The position numbers were made by a program, and so were the translations under genes. The notes beneath the pieces are model-generated. The model saw nothing but the letters and a program-made list of their open reading frames with translations, searched no databases and was not told the origin of the DNA. From Camelus ferus (Eukaryota): 64,000 nucleotides of DNA. The stretch covers positions 89,964,001 through 90,028,000 of the forward strand of contig NC_045696.1 in the NCBI RefSeq assembly GCF_009834535.1. The letters run 5' to 3'. The first letter of the stretch is position 1; every line of letters starts with the position of its first letter. Shown here piece after piece: positions 1-13,572 of the stretch.

Positions 1-49
1 AGCCTTGGAGGGCAGAGGGGACTCCTTCCTCCCCTACAGTGCTCTTTAT

Positions 50-511
50 ACTTGGAAGTTTTGCTTCCAAGTATATAAAATCTTTGGAACACATTTCCTT
101 CCTTGAGTATCTTAAATATGTTACCCTATTTTCTTTGGACTAGTAAAAAATCTGATGATGATCTTTTTTCCCTTATAAGTCTCATGTTCTTCTTGCCTAG
201 ATATCCAATGGCTGTTTTTCTTTTTCCTTTTAGTTGAAAAAGTTTGCTAGAATATGTCTGGGTATTTGTTACTTGGTATTTGTTACACAGGGTCCTCCTT
301 CAAAGCGTAGTTTCAAAGCACTTCCAAATAAAAATTTCTTTATTTCAGGAGAGTTTTCCTGGTGAATTGTAATTTTATTATTTGGCTGCCTAGCTTTGAG
401 TTTCTTCTTTAGGGATTGAGTATGTTGGATCTTCCTTGCATGTCTTCAGTGTTCATCATATTCTCTCAAACCTTTTTCTCTTTTCCTTCATTTCTTTTTG
501 ATTTTAAGCTT

Positions 512-542
<31 letters not shown>

Positions 543-640
543 CCCAAGGCACTATCTGTGTGCTTATTCACTTGTGTGTCTTGTTTGGTGTTCAATTTTA
601 AAATTCTTTCTTTTATTTTTACTGCTTTCTTGGGTTCTGT
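50..640 (-). mobile_element. Ancient L1 (L1ME/HAL1-like) fragment with an internal poly(T)
   Basis: T-rich degenerate sequence resembling the antisense ORF1 region of old L1s; T run at about 509-533. Confidence 0.4.
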
Positions 641-1129
641 CACCTCCCTGGCAGAGAGGCTGGCTCCAGCATATGCCCCCCCAGATTGGAAGAGTGGATA
701 GAGTTAAAACTTCTTTTATGTGCTACTTTGGTCTGGCTTAAGAGATTGAGACAGCAAGGGCTTTTAACACTTGGAAGCATTTGGACCAAGCAGAAAGCTG
801 CCAGGCATTCTACATCCATGTCTCCATGAAGTCTTTGAGATGTAGAACAGGACATTATGGGTCTTTTAAAGCCCTGGTGTTTTGCCTCTACTTAGAGGAA
901 ACTGTCATAATTTATAATGGCTTCATTCCCTGCAGGGACGATCACCTTCAGGCCCTCTCCTTCAGAATTCTAGGGCTGCTGCAGAGACCATTTTAAAAAC
1001 AACTTTTCAGAAAAGCATTACTTAACCCTTGAAGGTCTCTCGTTAAGCACCTGTGGTGTTGGGGAAAGGGGTCTGGGAACTATGGGACATCTCCCCCACC
1101 TCAGGAACCTTGCATTTATGATACAATTA

Positions 1130-1270
1130 AACTCTCCCCTACAAGCTGATGAGACTATTTTAATCATCATAATTTTAAAGAGGAAGAAACTAATACTCTG
1201 AGAGGTTAAGCACTTGTCTGGGGTCACACAGAAGAGTTGGCATTTGAATTCAGGCCTATTTTAGCTCCAG
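1130..1270 (-). mobile_element. MIR SINE
   Basis: GAGAGGTTAAGCACTTGTCTGGGGTCACACAG...ATTTGAATTCAGG core. Confidence 0.65.
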
Positions 1271-1476
1271 GATCATAAATAATATTACCTTCTGTTTGAA
1301 ACTTGAAAAAAACAAAAATAAAAACCAGGTGTTGTTGTTGCTGTTTCTAACAGAATTTCTAATTTACCTGCTCTCTGTTGTCTTATTTCAAATTACCTTT
1401 CAAATGCTAGCTGTTATTCTCCCCATAACAGATTTTTTTTTCCTTTGAATCATTAGGTTTCCAAATTCTGAGATCC

Positions 1477-2034
1477 TAAAGGGTAGCAGAATATGCTACC
1501 CAAAAATATGCCACTTTGGCATTTTGATTTTTGAGCTGAAAGCAGTCGAAATGAAGCAGATACAAGAAAAGCTCTGACCTTCCCCTATTCGCCTAAAAGC
1601 AAGACATCAATTTGTAACGCTACCTCTCCTCTCCTCTCTACCAGGAAGGACAGAATTTAATTCCCAGAGATAATTCTAGACCCTTGTCAGCCCAGAGACC
1701 ACCAGAAAAATCTATATAACATGTCCTGTCCATTAGTTCTGTTTACTGCTTTCAGTTTGCTGCCCTAGAAACTCAGAGTTCTTTTCCTTCGTCTTATCAC
1801 TTCTCTAAAAATGTATTGTTGTTTTGTTCAGATGCTATGTATGAAGCCCAAGTTCTAACCACCCGTTTGAGTTTCTCATCACTGATTGCTCCCATTGTGC
1901 GTTCAGTGCATGCATTAATCAATGTCTGTCTGTTCTTCTCTCGTTAATCTGTCTTTTTGTCAGTCTAACACACAGAGCCCAAGCCTGAGAACCTAAGATG
2001 AGTAGAGGGGAAAGACTTTTTCCCTTCTCTTACA
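1477..2034 (+). mobile_element. Solo LTR, MER34-like (ERV1)
   Basis: Opens with CAGAATATGCTACCCAAAAATATGCCACTTTGGCAT and ends with CCCTTCTCTTACA. Confidence 0.7.
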
Positions 2035-2375
2035 AGCTAAACATGTAAATGACAGCTGTTGTAGGAGCCTTGTCCAGCAACAGAAACTTAGCTCAGGAGA
2101 CAGAAGAACTTGGGCAAGTCACCTGAACCATCAGCTTCATTTTCCAATATTGAAGGTGAAAGTAACAACAACCACCATCGTCGGCAGCCAGGATACACAG
2201 CCCCCAAGTCTCAGTGTTCTGCGACTGCAAAGGTAACATTTTCGCCTACGTTCCATGTTCACAGTGGATCCATTGCTGGGCTGCTGTGTCCTTGCTGTGC
2301 TGAAGTGGGGGCCCAGGCCAGTGGAGCAGTCGCCATCTGAAGTGTCTCTAGCCCCCATGACAGGAAAGAGGAGAG

Positions 2376-2755
2376 TGTATTTGTTTGCTAGGGCTGCCAT
2401 AGCCAAATACCACAGACTGGGGGATGTAACCGACAAAAACTTACTTTCCCACAATTCTGGAGGCTGGAAGTTCAAGATCAAGGTCCTGGCAGGTTGGTTT
2501 CTCCTGAGGCTTCTCCTCTTGCTGTGTTCTCACATGTCCTCTTCTCTGTGAGCACACTTCCCTGGTGTCTCTTCCACTCTTTATAAGGACACCAGTCCTA
2601 CTGGATTAGGGCCCCCACCTTATGACCTCATTTAACCGTAATCACCTCTTTAAAAGTCTTATCTCCAAATATAGTCATATTAGGGTCCAGGGCTTCAATA
2701 AGGAATTTTTTTTTTTTTTTTGGCCGGGAGGAGGTGCAAAATTCAGTCCAATACA
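2376..2755 (-). mobile_element. MLT1 (MaLR) solo LTR, MLT1A-like
   Basis: TG...CA ends, perfect 5-bp TSD GAGAG (2371-2375 and 2756-2760), and the TTCTGGAGGCTGGAAGTTCAAGATCAAGG hallmark. Confidence 0.88.
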
Positions 2756-3789
2756 GAGAGTACAGAGAACCGTGCATGGGCTTTGATCCCATAACCTTAC
2801 TCCCATTTTTAACCTGCTGCAGAGGCTGCCTTTTAAAATCTGACAATGTGAGAGTGAAAAAGAAAACATCGGGGAGCACGTGTCATGAAAATCTGAGATA
2901 CAGAATGAATGGAAACAGACCCTCTGTAGACTCACTGCTTGTCCATTAGATTTTGTTCATGCCTCACTAGAGAAAAGTTTCAAAAACACAAAGGGCAAAG
3001 AGAAACCTGTCAAACGTCTCCAGAGACACTGCTGAGTGCAGAGAAAAGCATCCCATTTAACGAGGCTTTCTGCTTCACTCACCCACGGCCTCATCCAGTG
3101 GGACTGACAACAGGAGAATATTGCAGACTTGGACATGAAGTGGGAGTTATGGAGAAGCCTTTTTAGCTCCAGCCAGAAGTCACTTCTCAAATACAGACAT
3201 ATGAGCCACCTTACATGTATCTCCTAATGAAACCAGTTCCTCCACATCATTACAACAGGGATACAAGCCAACACAGTTAGAAGAAAAATGTTAAAATCTC
3301 TACCAAAGGAGAGTTCTTTAATGTTTTATTGGAAAGACACTGTGATCCTCTTGAAAGATTTGGAATTGTCTCTTTTTTTCAAATAAACTTTTTGAAGTTT
3401 GCTAATTGATGACAGCAAAATTTCCCTTCACCTCCTCTGCTGAGCATCAAATGGTCTTGTCTCTCCTGAATGTCAAGAGGTTGTGCTCCCTTCTGACCAC
3501 ACGTCACTGCTCAGAGCAGGGAGGGAGGGGGCATCCTAGGCTATTCTCATGGAGAGAAGGCAAGTAATTTCGATGTGTATGGAATTGAGATGGAGTAGTC
3601 CCAAGCTTCTGACTGAGGAAGACCTACATCCATCCTTCCTGCAACACAATTCTTATAAAAAGCAGTTTCTTTTTGAATTCTATGTTTGAAAAAAAAAAAT
3701 CTGAGCCTTTGGTTTTATTTTCTACACTATCCCTCAACCAGATACAACAACATCCTTCGGCTACATACGTTTTTCTTAGAGATTATTAA

Positions 3790-4260
3790 TGGTTTTAACA
3801 GACAGAATAATGCTCCCACCCCAAAAGATGTCCCTGGAACCTGTGAATGTGTTCCTTTACATGGCAAAAGGGACATTACAGATTTGATTAAGGTAAGGAT
3901 CTTGAGATAGGGAGATTATTTTAGGTTATCCAGCTGGGCTAATGTAATCCCACAGGTCCTTACAAGAGGGAGGTGGAGAGTCAGAGTAAGAGAGAGAGAT
4001 TTGATGATGCTATGTTGCTGGCATTGAAGATGGAGGACATGGCCAGAAGCCAAGGAATGCAGGCGGTCTCTAGAAGGTGGGAACATATTCTCCTCTGGAG
4101 TCTCCAGAAGGAATGCAAACTTCCATACAGTTGATTTTAGCCCAGTGAGACCCACTTATTTCAGACTTCTGACCATCAGGTCTATAAGATAATAAACTTG
4201 TGTTGTTTTAAGCCACTACATTTATAATTATTTATTACAGCAGCAATAGTAAACTAATAA
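3790..4260 (+). mobile_element. MLT1 (MaLR) solo LTR, MLT1C/D-like
   Basis: CCCCAAAAGATGTCC...GGAACCTGTGAATGTG...AATAAACTTGTGTTGTTTTAAGCCAC...CAGCAATAG. Confidence 0.85.
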
Positions 4261-4646
4261 AAAGGTTCAATCCATACAGCCCCCAAATAGGGTTTGAAAC
4301 AGAGAATTCTGCCTGCTTTTCATTTACCCCACTGACAAGATAAACAATTCTGAGACTTCTGAACTCTCAAATCCTTTTCTCCATATGAGGTCACCTAGGG
4401 TGTTTCAAATGGTCCAGTTAAGCCACAGGTAGATAGGACACTACTGCTTGCCCCCTCTTTTTATGCAAAAGATAAAGAGAAGATGGTTCAAAAACACTAC
4501 ACAATCCTATGACATCATATTGCATTTTTACCTGTCTGACTTGACTCCTGGGCCCATCCCAAACATGACATTGATTGACTTATCATAATCTTGCACCTTT
4601 GTTGTGTGTTTAAACTTCTGATAATATGAATCTTTCCCTCTCACCT

Positions 4647-4694
<48 letters not shown>
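4647..4694. repeat. Compound (TC)n(AC)n microsatellite
   Basis: Directly visible. Confidence 0.95.
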
Positions 4695-4696
<2 letters not shown>

Positions 4697-4829
4697 CTCT
4701 TTGGGGAAAATGTGATGACTACTGTCTCAATAATTCAGCATCATCACTTAGAGCGCACCGAAGTGGGAGCCATACTGACCCAACCCTAGGCCCCTATGAC
4801 TCTGTACTCATTCTGCTATACTTGTTTGC

Positions 4830-5045
4830 TCAGCATATTCATTAAGAACTCAGACTCCAGAGCCAGACTGCCTGGGTTCAAGTCCCCACAACACCTCTTA
4901 GTAGCTGTGTGAATTTGAATATTCGAGTTAACCTTTTTTTGCTTCATTTCATCATGTTTAAAATGGGAATAATAACAATAACTACCTGATAGGATTGTTT
5001 CAGAGACTTACCGGGATAGATTATACAAAATATTAAGAACAGCAA
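4830..5045 (+). mobile_element. MIR SINE
   Basis: AGAGCCAGACTGCCTGGGTTCAAGTCCC...TTTAAAATGGGAATAATAAC. Confidence 0.8.
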
Positions 5046-5772
5046 CTGCTACCAAAGTGGCGATAGTGAAGAGAACACAGCCTTTGTCAGCAAGGAGTTT
5101 TCTAGCAGGGGATCCATGTCAGAAAAGAGGCCAGTGGGACACAGGGTGAATGCTTCAAGGGACAGGCTCTGGGAGCACACAGTGGGGTGCAGAACCTGGG
5201 GTGGAAAGGCAGTCACGTTCAGGCTATTTAAGGAAGGTAATCCCTCAGCTGAGACCCGGAAAGCAAAAAGGAGTTGGCCAGGTAAACGGAGGAATTGAGG
5301 GGAGAAAGCTGTGATGTGGAGCAGGCAAAAAAGAGAAAAAGACAAGAGTGTTCTGCGCAGTGGGAATTAAGTCAAAGGATGTTTGCTGCAGGATGGACTG
5401 GACGTGTACAGGAGAGTATCCTGGCTTAGAAGTAACTCATGATTCACTGGAACCCTGCAAGTTGAATCTTGCTTTTAATACAATATGCAAATTGAAGATC
5501 ATTGTTCCTAAGTAATAGAGATTGAGTAGGAATCCATGCTGCTGATTCTTACATGACAGAAATTATACATCTTACAAACTTTTAGGCGACCATGATTAAA
5601 TCCAGCCAAGCATGTCGTAACTGCTCAGCAAACACAAAAGATATCATTTTATTTTTCTAAAGAAAAATGTCTTGAAGGACCACCTTGAAATCTAGATGAC
5701 AACTCGGTCATCTCACAATAAGAAAAGCACAATTTAATGTTATTTATAAAAGTTCTACTGAGCAAAATTTCT

Positions 5773-5951
5773 AGAGATTTTCAACCCTGGTTGCACATTA
5801 GAATTACCTAGGGAGCTTCTGAAAATTACCTATTCGCAGGCCTCATTTAAAACCCATTAAAACAGAACACCTATGGATGGGACCAGTTCATCGGCATGTT
5901 TTGAAACATTCCTAAGTGATGGTAATATGCAGCCGGGGATGAAAATTATTG
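5773..5951. mobile_element. MER5-type hAT-Charlie MITE
   Basis: TTTCAACCCTGGTTGCACATTAGAATTACCTAGGGAGC...AATATGCAGCCGGGGATGAAAA, an imperfect palindrome. Confidence 0.75.
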
Positions 5952-5962
5952 GCTTAGCACTA

Positions 5963-6410
5963 TGTTGGGCTGCACCCCGCAGACCTGCAAGCCCTGTGCT
6001 TGCCCAGCCTGAAGACCATAGAAAGAGCCCAGAGTCAGCAACAGAGACATCAGTGGTTTACTGGATGCAGGATTTTACATGTCAGAAGCAAGGTCCGGGA
6101 GCCACATCTCACCTGGTGTGGTAGATGGCAGGCAGGGCAAGGCAGCCATCTCCACTCCCAGGGGCAGGGAGGAGGCTACCAGTTACAGGGGGAATTGGTG
6201 TCAGGTTGGTTCATCAGTTACCAGGGAAATCTCACCGCCCCTGGGATAAGCTATCGAGGTGGAGACGTTCTGACCACTGAGCTGGGGCCGGGGGACAAGC
6301 ATGTAGGAAGGTCAGCCATGTGAGCAGGGTGTGGGTGAAGTAGGCACTGGTCGAGCAGGGAACATACAGAGAGCAAGAGGACAGCCTTCTGAGTGGCCTG
6401 ATCATGCACA
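5963..6410 (-). mobile_element. Solo LTR (ERV-type, family unassigned)
   Basis: GC-richer block of about 450 bp with TG...CA ends and an AGTAAA poly(A)-type signal on the minus strand near 6060. No clear TSD. Confidence 0.5.
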
Positions 6411-8539
6411 CTCTCTGTAAGAGTTTAAAGAGTTTTGAATTACTCCTAGAGATTTCTGTTCAGTGATCTATCCCAATTTCGATTATTATTTCAACCCAAA
6501 TTTGCTGGGAAAAAAGGGAGAGATAATCACATTGTTAAATTGGTAAAATGGGAACTATTATTTGAAAGACTAAATTGATTTTGTGGTTTCGATTATCTAT
6601 TTACCTTCACGTATATGCACAGTCTAGTTACTGACTTTTATTTTCACAAGTCACTGTATTTTGTTTTTAAAGGCAACTTTAGGGGCTGTTTTGATAATGC
6701 CCCTCTGACACTTTATTGTATTGCCTAACTGAACACATCATTCATGGGACATGGGCTGTGTGCCTTTACGTGCTCATTTATTTTGAAGGAAAAGAAAATT
6801 CATGTTTGTCTGTCAAGAAACAAGTCACAAGCTGCAGAAAAAATGTCCTGCTGAACAGAAAATTAGGCAATAGGAAGGAAACAAAGGGCATCATGAAGGA
6901 AATCTTTCAAGCTTGAATTAGGTTACTGACTAATGAGGGTCCTAGCAGGGAACAGTGATAAGGGGGCTGGATGTTTATTAAAGCACTATTCATGCAAATT
7001 ACCTGACTGACGGTGCTGCTGGCAAGGCCCCTGAGATCCCCCTGATAAGGCCGGACCTAAAGGGTGGCAGCCATTAAGCAGTTCAGATGCAGAAGCATCT
7101 GAAAAGAATGTAATTAAGAATTTTCGTTACATGTATTCTAGGAGGAGAACTGGCATTACTTATCAAAAGGAAAATGCTTTGGCAGAGATGTCTTAGGAAA
7201 TTAGACCCAGCTGATGGACAACTTCGATGTTCACCTATAACAAGGTGATGCACTGATGACGCAGGACCCCATGCAATGAACGTGCCCACGAAGGCCTGGA
7301 CTTATGGAAAGAGTAGAGTGGAGGACAGAAGCTTCTCAGTTCCTTTTCTGAGTCACATGTATATGACACACATAAATAAATACATGCACACATACATAAA
7401 TATTCTGTCTCTCAAAATTTCTCCCTCTTTAAGGCAGGGGAGAAAATCTATATGGAACACAACATTTATTCATTCCATCTGTAGTTAGTGAGTCATTTCC
7501 AAGTAACTGTAAATTATTCTAGGCCCTGGATGTGTAACGCTAATTTAAACCCAACCCCTATTTCTGAGAGAAACTTGAAACAAACACAAAACAAATAATT
7601 ACAGCCTCGTGTAGGGAAAAATTGTGCTTCAGTGGAAAACTGAACCTTATCTAAATCCACACACCCTCTGGGTCATCTTGTCTAGCTGTTCATTGCCTTT
7701 GAGCTGGTTTACAACTCTGCAAATTGTAGATAACTGATAACAGTGCCAGACGACCCCTGTCCACAGACTGCAGGCTCAGTCCTGTCCAGCAGAGGTTTAA
7801 CTGACTTCTCTCTGCACTACGGAAGAAGTTGGTTTTACCTTCATGTGCACATTCAGTTTTCAATATTCCTGATCTGTAATGTGTGGTTTTCAGCTTCTTC
7901 GAGTTGGTGAAACATCTTTGCTGATTTTCTCATTAATGAGTTACATAAAATCTTTAACATGTGTTCACTTGTAGATTGGTCTAAGAGTTACTTTATATCC
8001 TTTTGAAATGATCTTTTAACAGCTGACTTCCCTTCAGTGTGACAGGCGAAGATGTGGTAGAAATATCCACTCTGGCTCCATACACAGGGACTTGCTGGAT
8101 AAACTTCTTTTTAAGAAAATAGTAGATTCATAGTCAAGCTCAAAACTAAGAAAGGAAAAGCTCCAGCTGCCAGAAACAAAGAAGGAAACAACAGCAATAG
8201 CTATGCGCCAGAGTTGAAATCATGCTGCGCACAGAGAAACTGGGTTAGTGCCTCCCTCACGGGTGGGTTTCTGTGTTTGTGAATGCCTTGTACCTGCTGC
8301 TAAGGTGGAAAGGGTCTCTCTTCTAGGGCTGGGAGAATGAGTGAAGGGAAATCACTGCCAGCCTTCTGCCTCTGGCCACATGGAGAAATTGAGACCACTG
8401 ACAGATGGGGACCCAAAGCCTGTAATAGATAGGTGACAGGCCTGAATTTGAAATACTCATTTAATTAGAAACATCAAGCCAAAAAACTAAACTTAAAAAT
8501 AGTGCAGTACCAGTGAATCCTGTGAGGACCCTAATAGGA

Positions 8540-9660
8540 AAATCCTGGAATAGTTCAAGCAAGATATGTTGAGAGTTGAACTAGGTCAGTGGCAGTGAGG
8601 ACCTGGAGAAGATGGGATGCAGCTAAGAGATCTCCAGGAGGCCAAACAGCTAGTGCTACTCCCAGATCTAATCAAAGAATGAGGGAGAACTGTCTATAGT
8701 AATTGTCAAGTTTTTGACTCATTAACAGGTGTCATTAATGAGAATGGACAAAGAGAGAGAGTGAGCGAAAGAACAGGTTGGGGATGGGGATGGGGATAAA
8801 GGTGATGACAGGTCCGGTTTTGTGTTTTGGTCATGCTGAGTCTAAGGTCTAGGTGGGTATGTCCAGAAGGCAGTTCTGCAACTCAAGGAACGGTCAAGGA
8901 TAGTGACAGACTTTGGGAATCAGCGGGTAGTAACAGGAAGGATGGGGAAAGTGTGTCACGTGACAATTAAAAAGGAACAAGGATGGCTCTGAGGAACATG
9001 AACATTTAAAGAACGAGTTAAAGAGGAGAAACCTACAGAGTAGAACAAAAATCCCTAGCCAATGAAACGGGAGGAGGAAATGGAGTCACAGAAGCCAAGT
9101 TAGGAGTTTCCAATAAGAGGCAAAAGATGATCAAGAAGATTAGCATTGAAAACCGTCTCCTGGTTTTCGCAGATGGGAGGCTGTTTGTGGCAGCAGCAAG
9201 GTTTACTCCTCTGGTCTAATGGTGTGTTGAGGGCAGATGCCAGACTTCAGTCATTGAGGAGTAAATTCTTTCCAGGGCCCCCTGCCACTAAAGTTGGCTT
9301 AGTTTCTCCCTAAGAAACTAAGACTCCCTAAGAAATCTCTAAGAAATGTCTAACTCCCTAAGAAATCCCTTTCAAAGACTGAGACTTGGAGAGGTGAATT
9401 GCCAATATTCATTCCTTGATCTATTCAATAAATATTTATTGAGTAAGTACTATCATACAGAATTCTGCTAGGCAGTGGGATGTAGACATGTATTAGACCT
9501 AATCTTTAGTGGAAGGAGTTTAAACTGAGTTGGAAAGTGAAATAAATACTTACAGCATAGGACAGGCTGTGCACAGGGTCTTACGGCAGGATTCCCCATG
9601 ACAGCCTGGAAGTGGAGTCAGGAAGTACTTTTAAGAGGAACTGATTTCATGAGCTGAGTT
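8540..9660 (-). mobile_element. L2 fragments
   Basis: Purine-rich L2 antisense sequence and a 3'-end motif ATTCAATAAATATTTATTGAG at about 9420. Confidence 0.6.
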
Positions 9661-9664
9661 TTAA

Positions 9665-9890
9665 ATGATAATAGCGAACACTTATGTAGTGCTTCCAGGA
9701 GCCAGGTTCCATTCCAAGTACTCAACAGGTAAGTCGTTTCAGCTTCACAAGAACTCCACAGGGTAGGCACTATCATGACTCACATTTTACAGATGAGACA
9801 GAGGCACAGACGTTGACTTGCCTAGGATCACACAGATAGAAAGTGACAGTGCTGATTGAGTTAGTGCTTAAAACCTCTCTACTGCACTGC
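9665..9890 (-). mobile_element. MIR SINE
   Basis: CATTTTACAGATGAGACAGAGGCACAGA...CTTGCCTAGGATCACACAG. Confidence 0.8.
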
Positions 9891-10419
9891 CTTTTAAAAG
9901 ACAGCTCAGCATTTGTTCAATGGATGAGACAGGAAAGGTTGTCCCTAATTTTAAAAAAGGGCATGCATTAAGACAATGAAACATGGAGGAACATGCATGA
10001 TTATGCTGGCTTTCACTCACAACTACCCGGGGGAAAAATTCTCTCATGGCTTACATCATCCCAGTCTTATCTGGTATCTAATTCAGATTATGCTTTTTAT
10101 TTAACTTATTCTTTCTATAGTCAGACACTCTTTTACTGAACCCCAGCTGTCTTTAACCGCAGGGTCCACCACAAGAACATCTCTACCTCCTTCAGCACTT
10201 ACCATTGTCTTCCTTTTCATTCTGCCTGACTTGATCCCAGCTCCAAAAATTTCCAGATCTCACTCTAAAACCTCTCTTCTGTCTAGTCTGTGTGTCACCA
10301 CTCCGGCATCCCTTCCAAAACGTTTAAGCAAACAAACAGAAGTGTGATGCCCACCTCAGTGCCTTCCTTCTAAATTCCTCATCTGCAAGCTCAACCAGTG
10401 AAGAAAGTTGAAATTTACT

Positions 10420-10814
10420 GTTTTGGTTTTTTTTTTGACCATATAGTCAGTTTACGATGTTTCAATTTCTGGTGTACAGGATAATGTTTCAGTCACAAAC
10501 ATACATACATATATTCATATTCTTTTTCATTATAGGTTACTACAAGACATTGAATATAGTTCCCTGTGCTATACAGAAGAAACTTGTTATCTATTTTATA
10601 AATACCAGTTAATATTTGCAAATCTCGAACTCTCAATTTATCCTTTCACACCCCCTTTCCTCTCCAGTAACCATAGACTGTTTACTACGTCTGTGAGTCT
10701 GTTTCTGTTTTGTAGATAAGTTCATTCATGTCTTCTTTTTTCTTTTTTTAGATTCTACATATGAGTGATATCACATGGTATTTTTCTTTCTCTTTCTAGC
10801 TTACTTCACTTAAC
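10420..10814 (-). mobile_element. 5'-truncated L1 3' end, related to the full-length copy
   Basis: Starts with a T tract. The reverse complement of 10741-10814 closely matches 18611-18685 (ORF2 end and 3'UTR). Confidence 0.9.
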
Positions 10815-11902
10815 ATTGCCATTTAAACAGACTCATAATCTCCTTTCACTATTCACTGGTGATTCAATATTTATAACTCACCATTGACAGTAAAGTTGTC
10901 AATTGCCATTCTTCTTAATAGAGGATCCTTCATGTCCATTTATTTAGGACTACAAACAGTATTTCAGATTTTAAACTCTGTTCTGTGTGGGCACACCTTG
11001 CACCTCATCTAAAGGATGACCCATGGCACACACTGGAGAGTGGAAGGGAGCTCCATTAACCATGATGTTGGGCAACAGGCTTAAACTGGAGGTGTCCAGG
11101 ACATCTGCTCATCCTAATTATCTACATAAATTTCTTTGCTTTAAAATGTTTGATAAAGTAATGTTCAAATCGATGAGGGTAATTGTAAGCGAAGGATTTC
11201 AATTTGGAGGAGTGAACTTAAAACCCTTCATTCCTCAAACTCTACATCTGCTCTTCCTCATCCACATAATGACATAACTCATATATTTGACACCCATGGT
11301 GGGTCATTTTTTAATACTTCACCCAATACAATAAAATTTATTTTCAGGGAAAAAAATCTTGCTAATCAGTGATAATTGTATTTCCTTGCACTGTCCTTTA
11401 CTTTTGAAACAATTCATGATTTAAAAGTAAGTCATCTCAATTTTAAAGATATTTAAATTCAGTGAATTAATTCATGTATGAAATACAACTTGTACTTACC
11501 ACATAAAAATAGTACACCCTGCAATTTTCACTCAATTTCACTGTTTTAAAACTCAGTTGCAAATAGAATTTCAAAGTGTTTACATAGAGTGACAGAATTA
11601 AAGTAACTCTAGTTGTTTCTCGGTCTTTAAAATCCACCTACTGTCAATGCTTCTTATGAATTTACTGCTTACAGACAGAAATATGCAGCCCCAGGTGTTG
11701 AAGATATGAACTGTCCCAAAGTTACTTCAAACAATTCCCGAGCTTATACACTGACTAACAAGTACATGTAGTTGACTTTGCCTTTCAGGGTTCAACTGCA
11801 TAACCTGAATTAACTTCAGTGTTTATTAAAGAAGTGAGGGAGGGATAAATCAGTAGTTTGGGATTATCAGATATACACTACTATATATAAAATAGATAAA
11901 TA

Positions 11903-13572
11903 CTCTGCTCCCTCGAACATGGCGGAGTAGAAGGACGCTCGCAGGTCACCCTCTCCCACAAATACACCAAGACCCACATCTACAGACCCACTCAGCCAAC
12001 CAGAGCACCTGTGGAACTCCGACAGAACATCGCCCTCTTCAAAAGATAAAGACGCCAAAAATCTGGTAGGAGAAAAGGAAAAAAGAAAGAACAAAAGGCA
12101 AAGCAACGTGGGACGCATGATGGGTCCCGCGGGGAGGGAGCGGCAAAGGAGGACTGGCGCTCGCTCGCTGGGTCTCCCCTCTCCAACTGAGAGGCCAGCA
12201 GGGACGGAGGGGGAGCCTCCTGAGGCTCGGATCTGTACAGAGCAGCCCTTGACTGACAGAACTAAGTTAAACGGGCACAGAGTGTCCCCCCGACAACCAG
12301 CCTGAGACGCGGGCCGGCAGCGGGGGCAGGGCCAGGCTGCCCAAGCTGGGCGGAGGACGGAAGCGGCTGCACGGAGGCAGCCTCGGGGGAACGCAAGGGG
12401 CTGCGCGCGGTGGCTGTGGGTGCACAGGGCAGAACAACCTGGGCCCTCCATAAAACAGCAAGGTTGATGTGCTCTCCGGGGAAGGGTGCACACCCCCATC
12501 TCTGAAAACCCGCGGAAAGTTTTCGGGGGAAGAGAGGCGGGGCTCAGGCACAGCCGCCATATCCTCCGCGATGAGCACTCAGGCGGGGGCGGGGGCGAAA
12601 CCTGCATCCGCACCGAAGGGCTTAGCAGCCTCAAAGGCCAGACTGAGACTGGCCTGCAGCCCGGGGCAGATAGGATCCTTCCATCCTGGTCCCTCAGAGA
12701 ACTTGCTCCACAAAGACAAACAAGGAGCTGGGTTTTGGCTCAGAGCAGGGACAGGTCTTCCCCAAGCCCACCTGCGGAGCGCCGACCAGGGCGGAGCACG
12801 CAGCCGCATCAGAGAGCGGAACTACAGGCGGCGCAGGTAGAGGGAGAGCGCCCCCCCCCGCCTTTCGGGCAGGAACACAGCCCCTGACCGAGGTGCTGGG
12901 AAGGGGCACGACCCGCCCTCCTACCCGGCCAGTCTGCAACATCTGACTGCGGCATCCGGAGGGGCAGCGACCCGCCTGCCCACAGCAGAGAGCTGCACCT
13001 GACCCCGTGTTAGGAGGAGGCGCGATCTGCTTGCCGACAGGTGCTGGGAGCAGCACAGAAGAGGGCGCCAACGGAGGGCCTCTGAAAACAGCAAGCTGAG
13101 CTTCCAAAACAGGACGAAGACAGAAAGACTTCACATTAAAAGCACACAGACTCCAGGAGAACACCGACAAACCGACCCCCCCCCCTTTTTTTTTAATCTG
13201 TTTTTACCTGTTCTATTTTCTATTACTCTCTTAATCTTTACTTCTTAATTCATTTCTATTTCTCTTGGGTTTTGATGTCCTGCTATTGATTAGACACAGG
13301 TTTCAAATACATCTATTCATCTCCCCCCCCCCTTTTTTTGTAAAGGTTTTAAAAGGATGTCTCAACCCGATTAATACTCTGCTTCAACTCACTCTTCTAT
13401 TATTCATTATACACTGTTTTCAAACCCTCTTTCTCCCTTCTTTTAAAATTTTCTCTCTTATTTTTTTTTCTTTTTTTCCTAAGTTCTATTCCTAAATAGG
13501 CATCAGATAGATAAAATCCTTAAGGACCAAAATAAACAACTGATACTCCATAAACCACAGTGCCAAAGAGGT
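11903..13572 (+). promoter_or_regulatory. L1 5'UTR internal promoter, CpG-island-like
   Basis: YY1-type motif AACATGGCGG at 11916-11925 near the 5' end. High GC/CpG at about 12100-13100, followed by a pyrimidine-rich stretch before the ORF1 ATG. Confidence 0.85.

Noticed and set aside
12469..13170. Other ORFs in the L1 5'UTR (123, 133 and 158 aa)
   Set aside because: Expected in GC-rich sequence; no recognisable domain.
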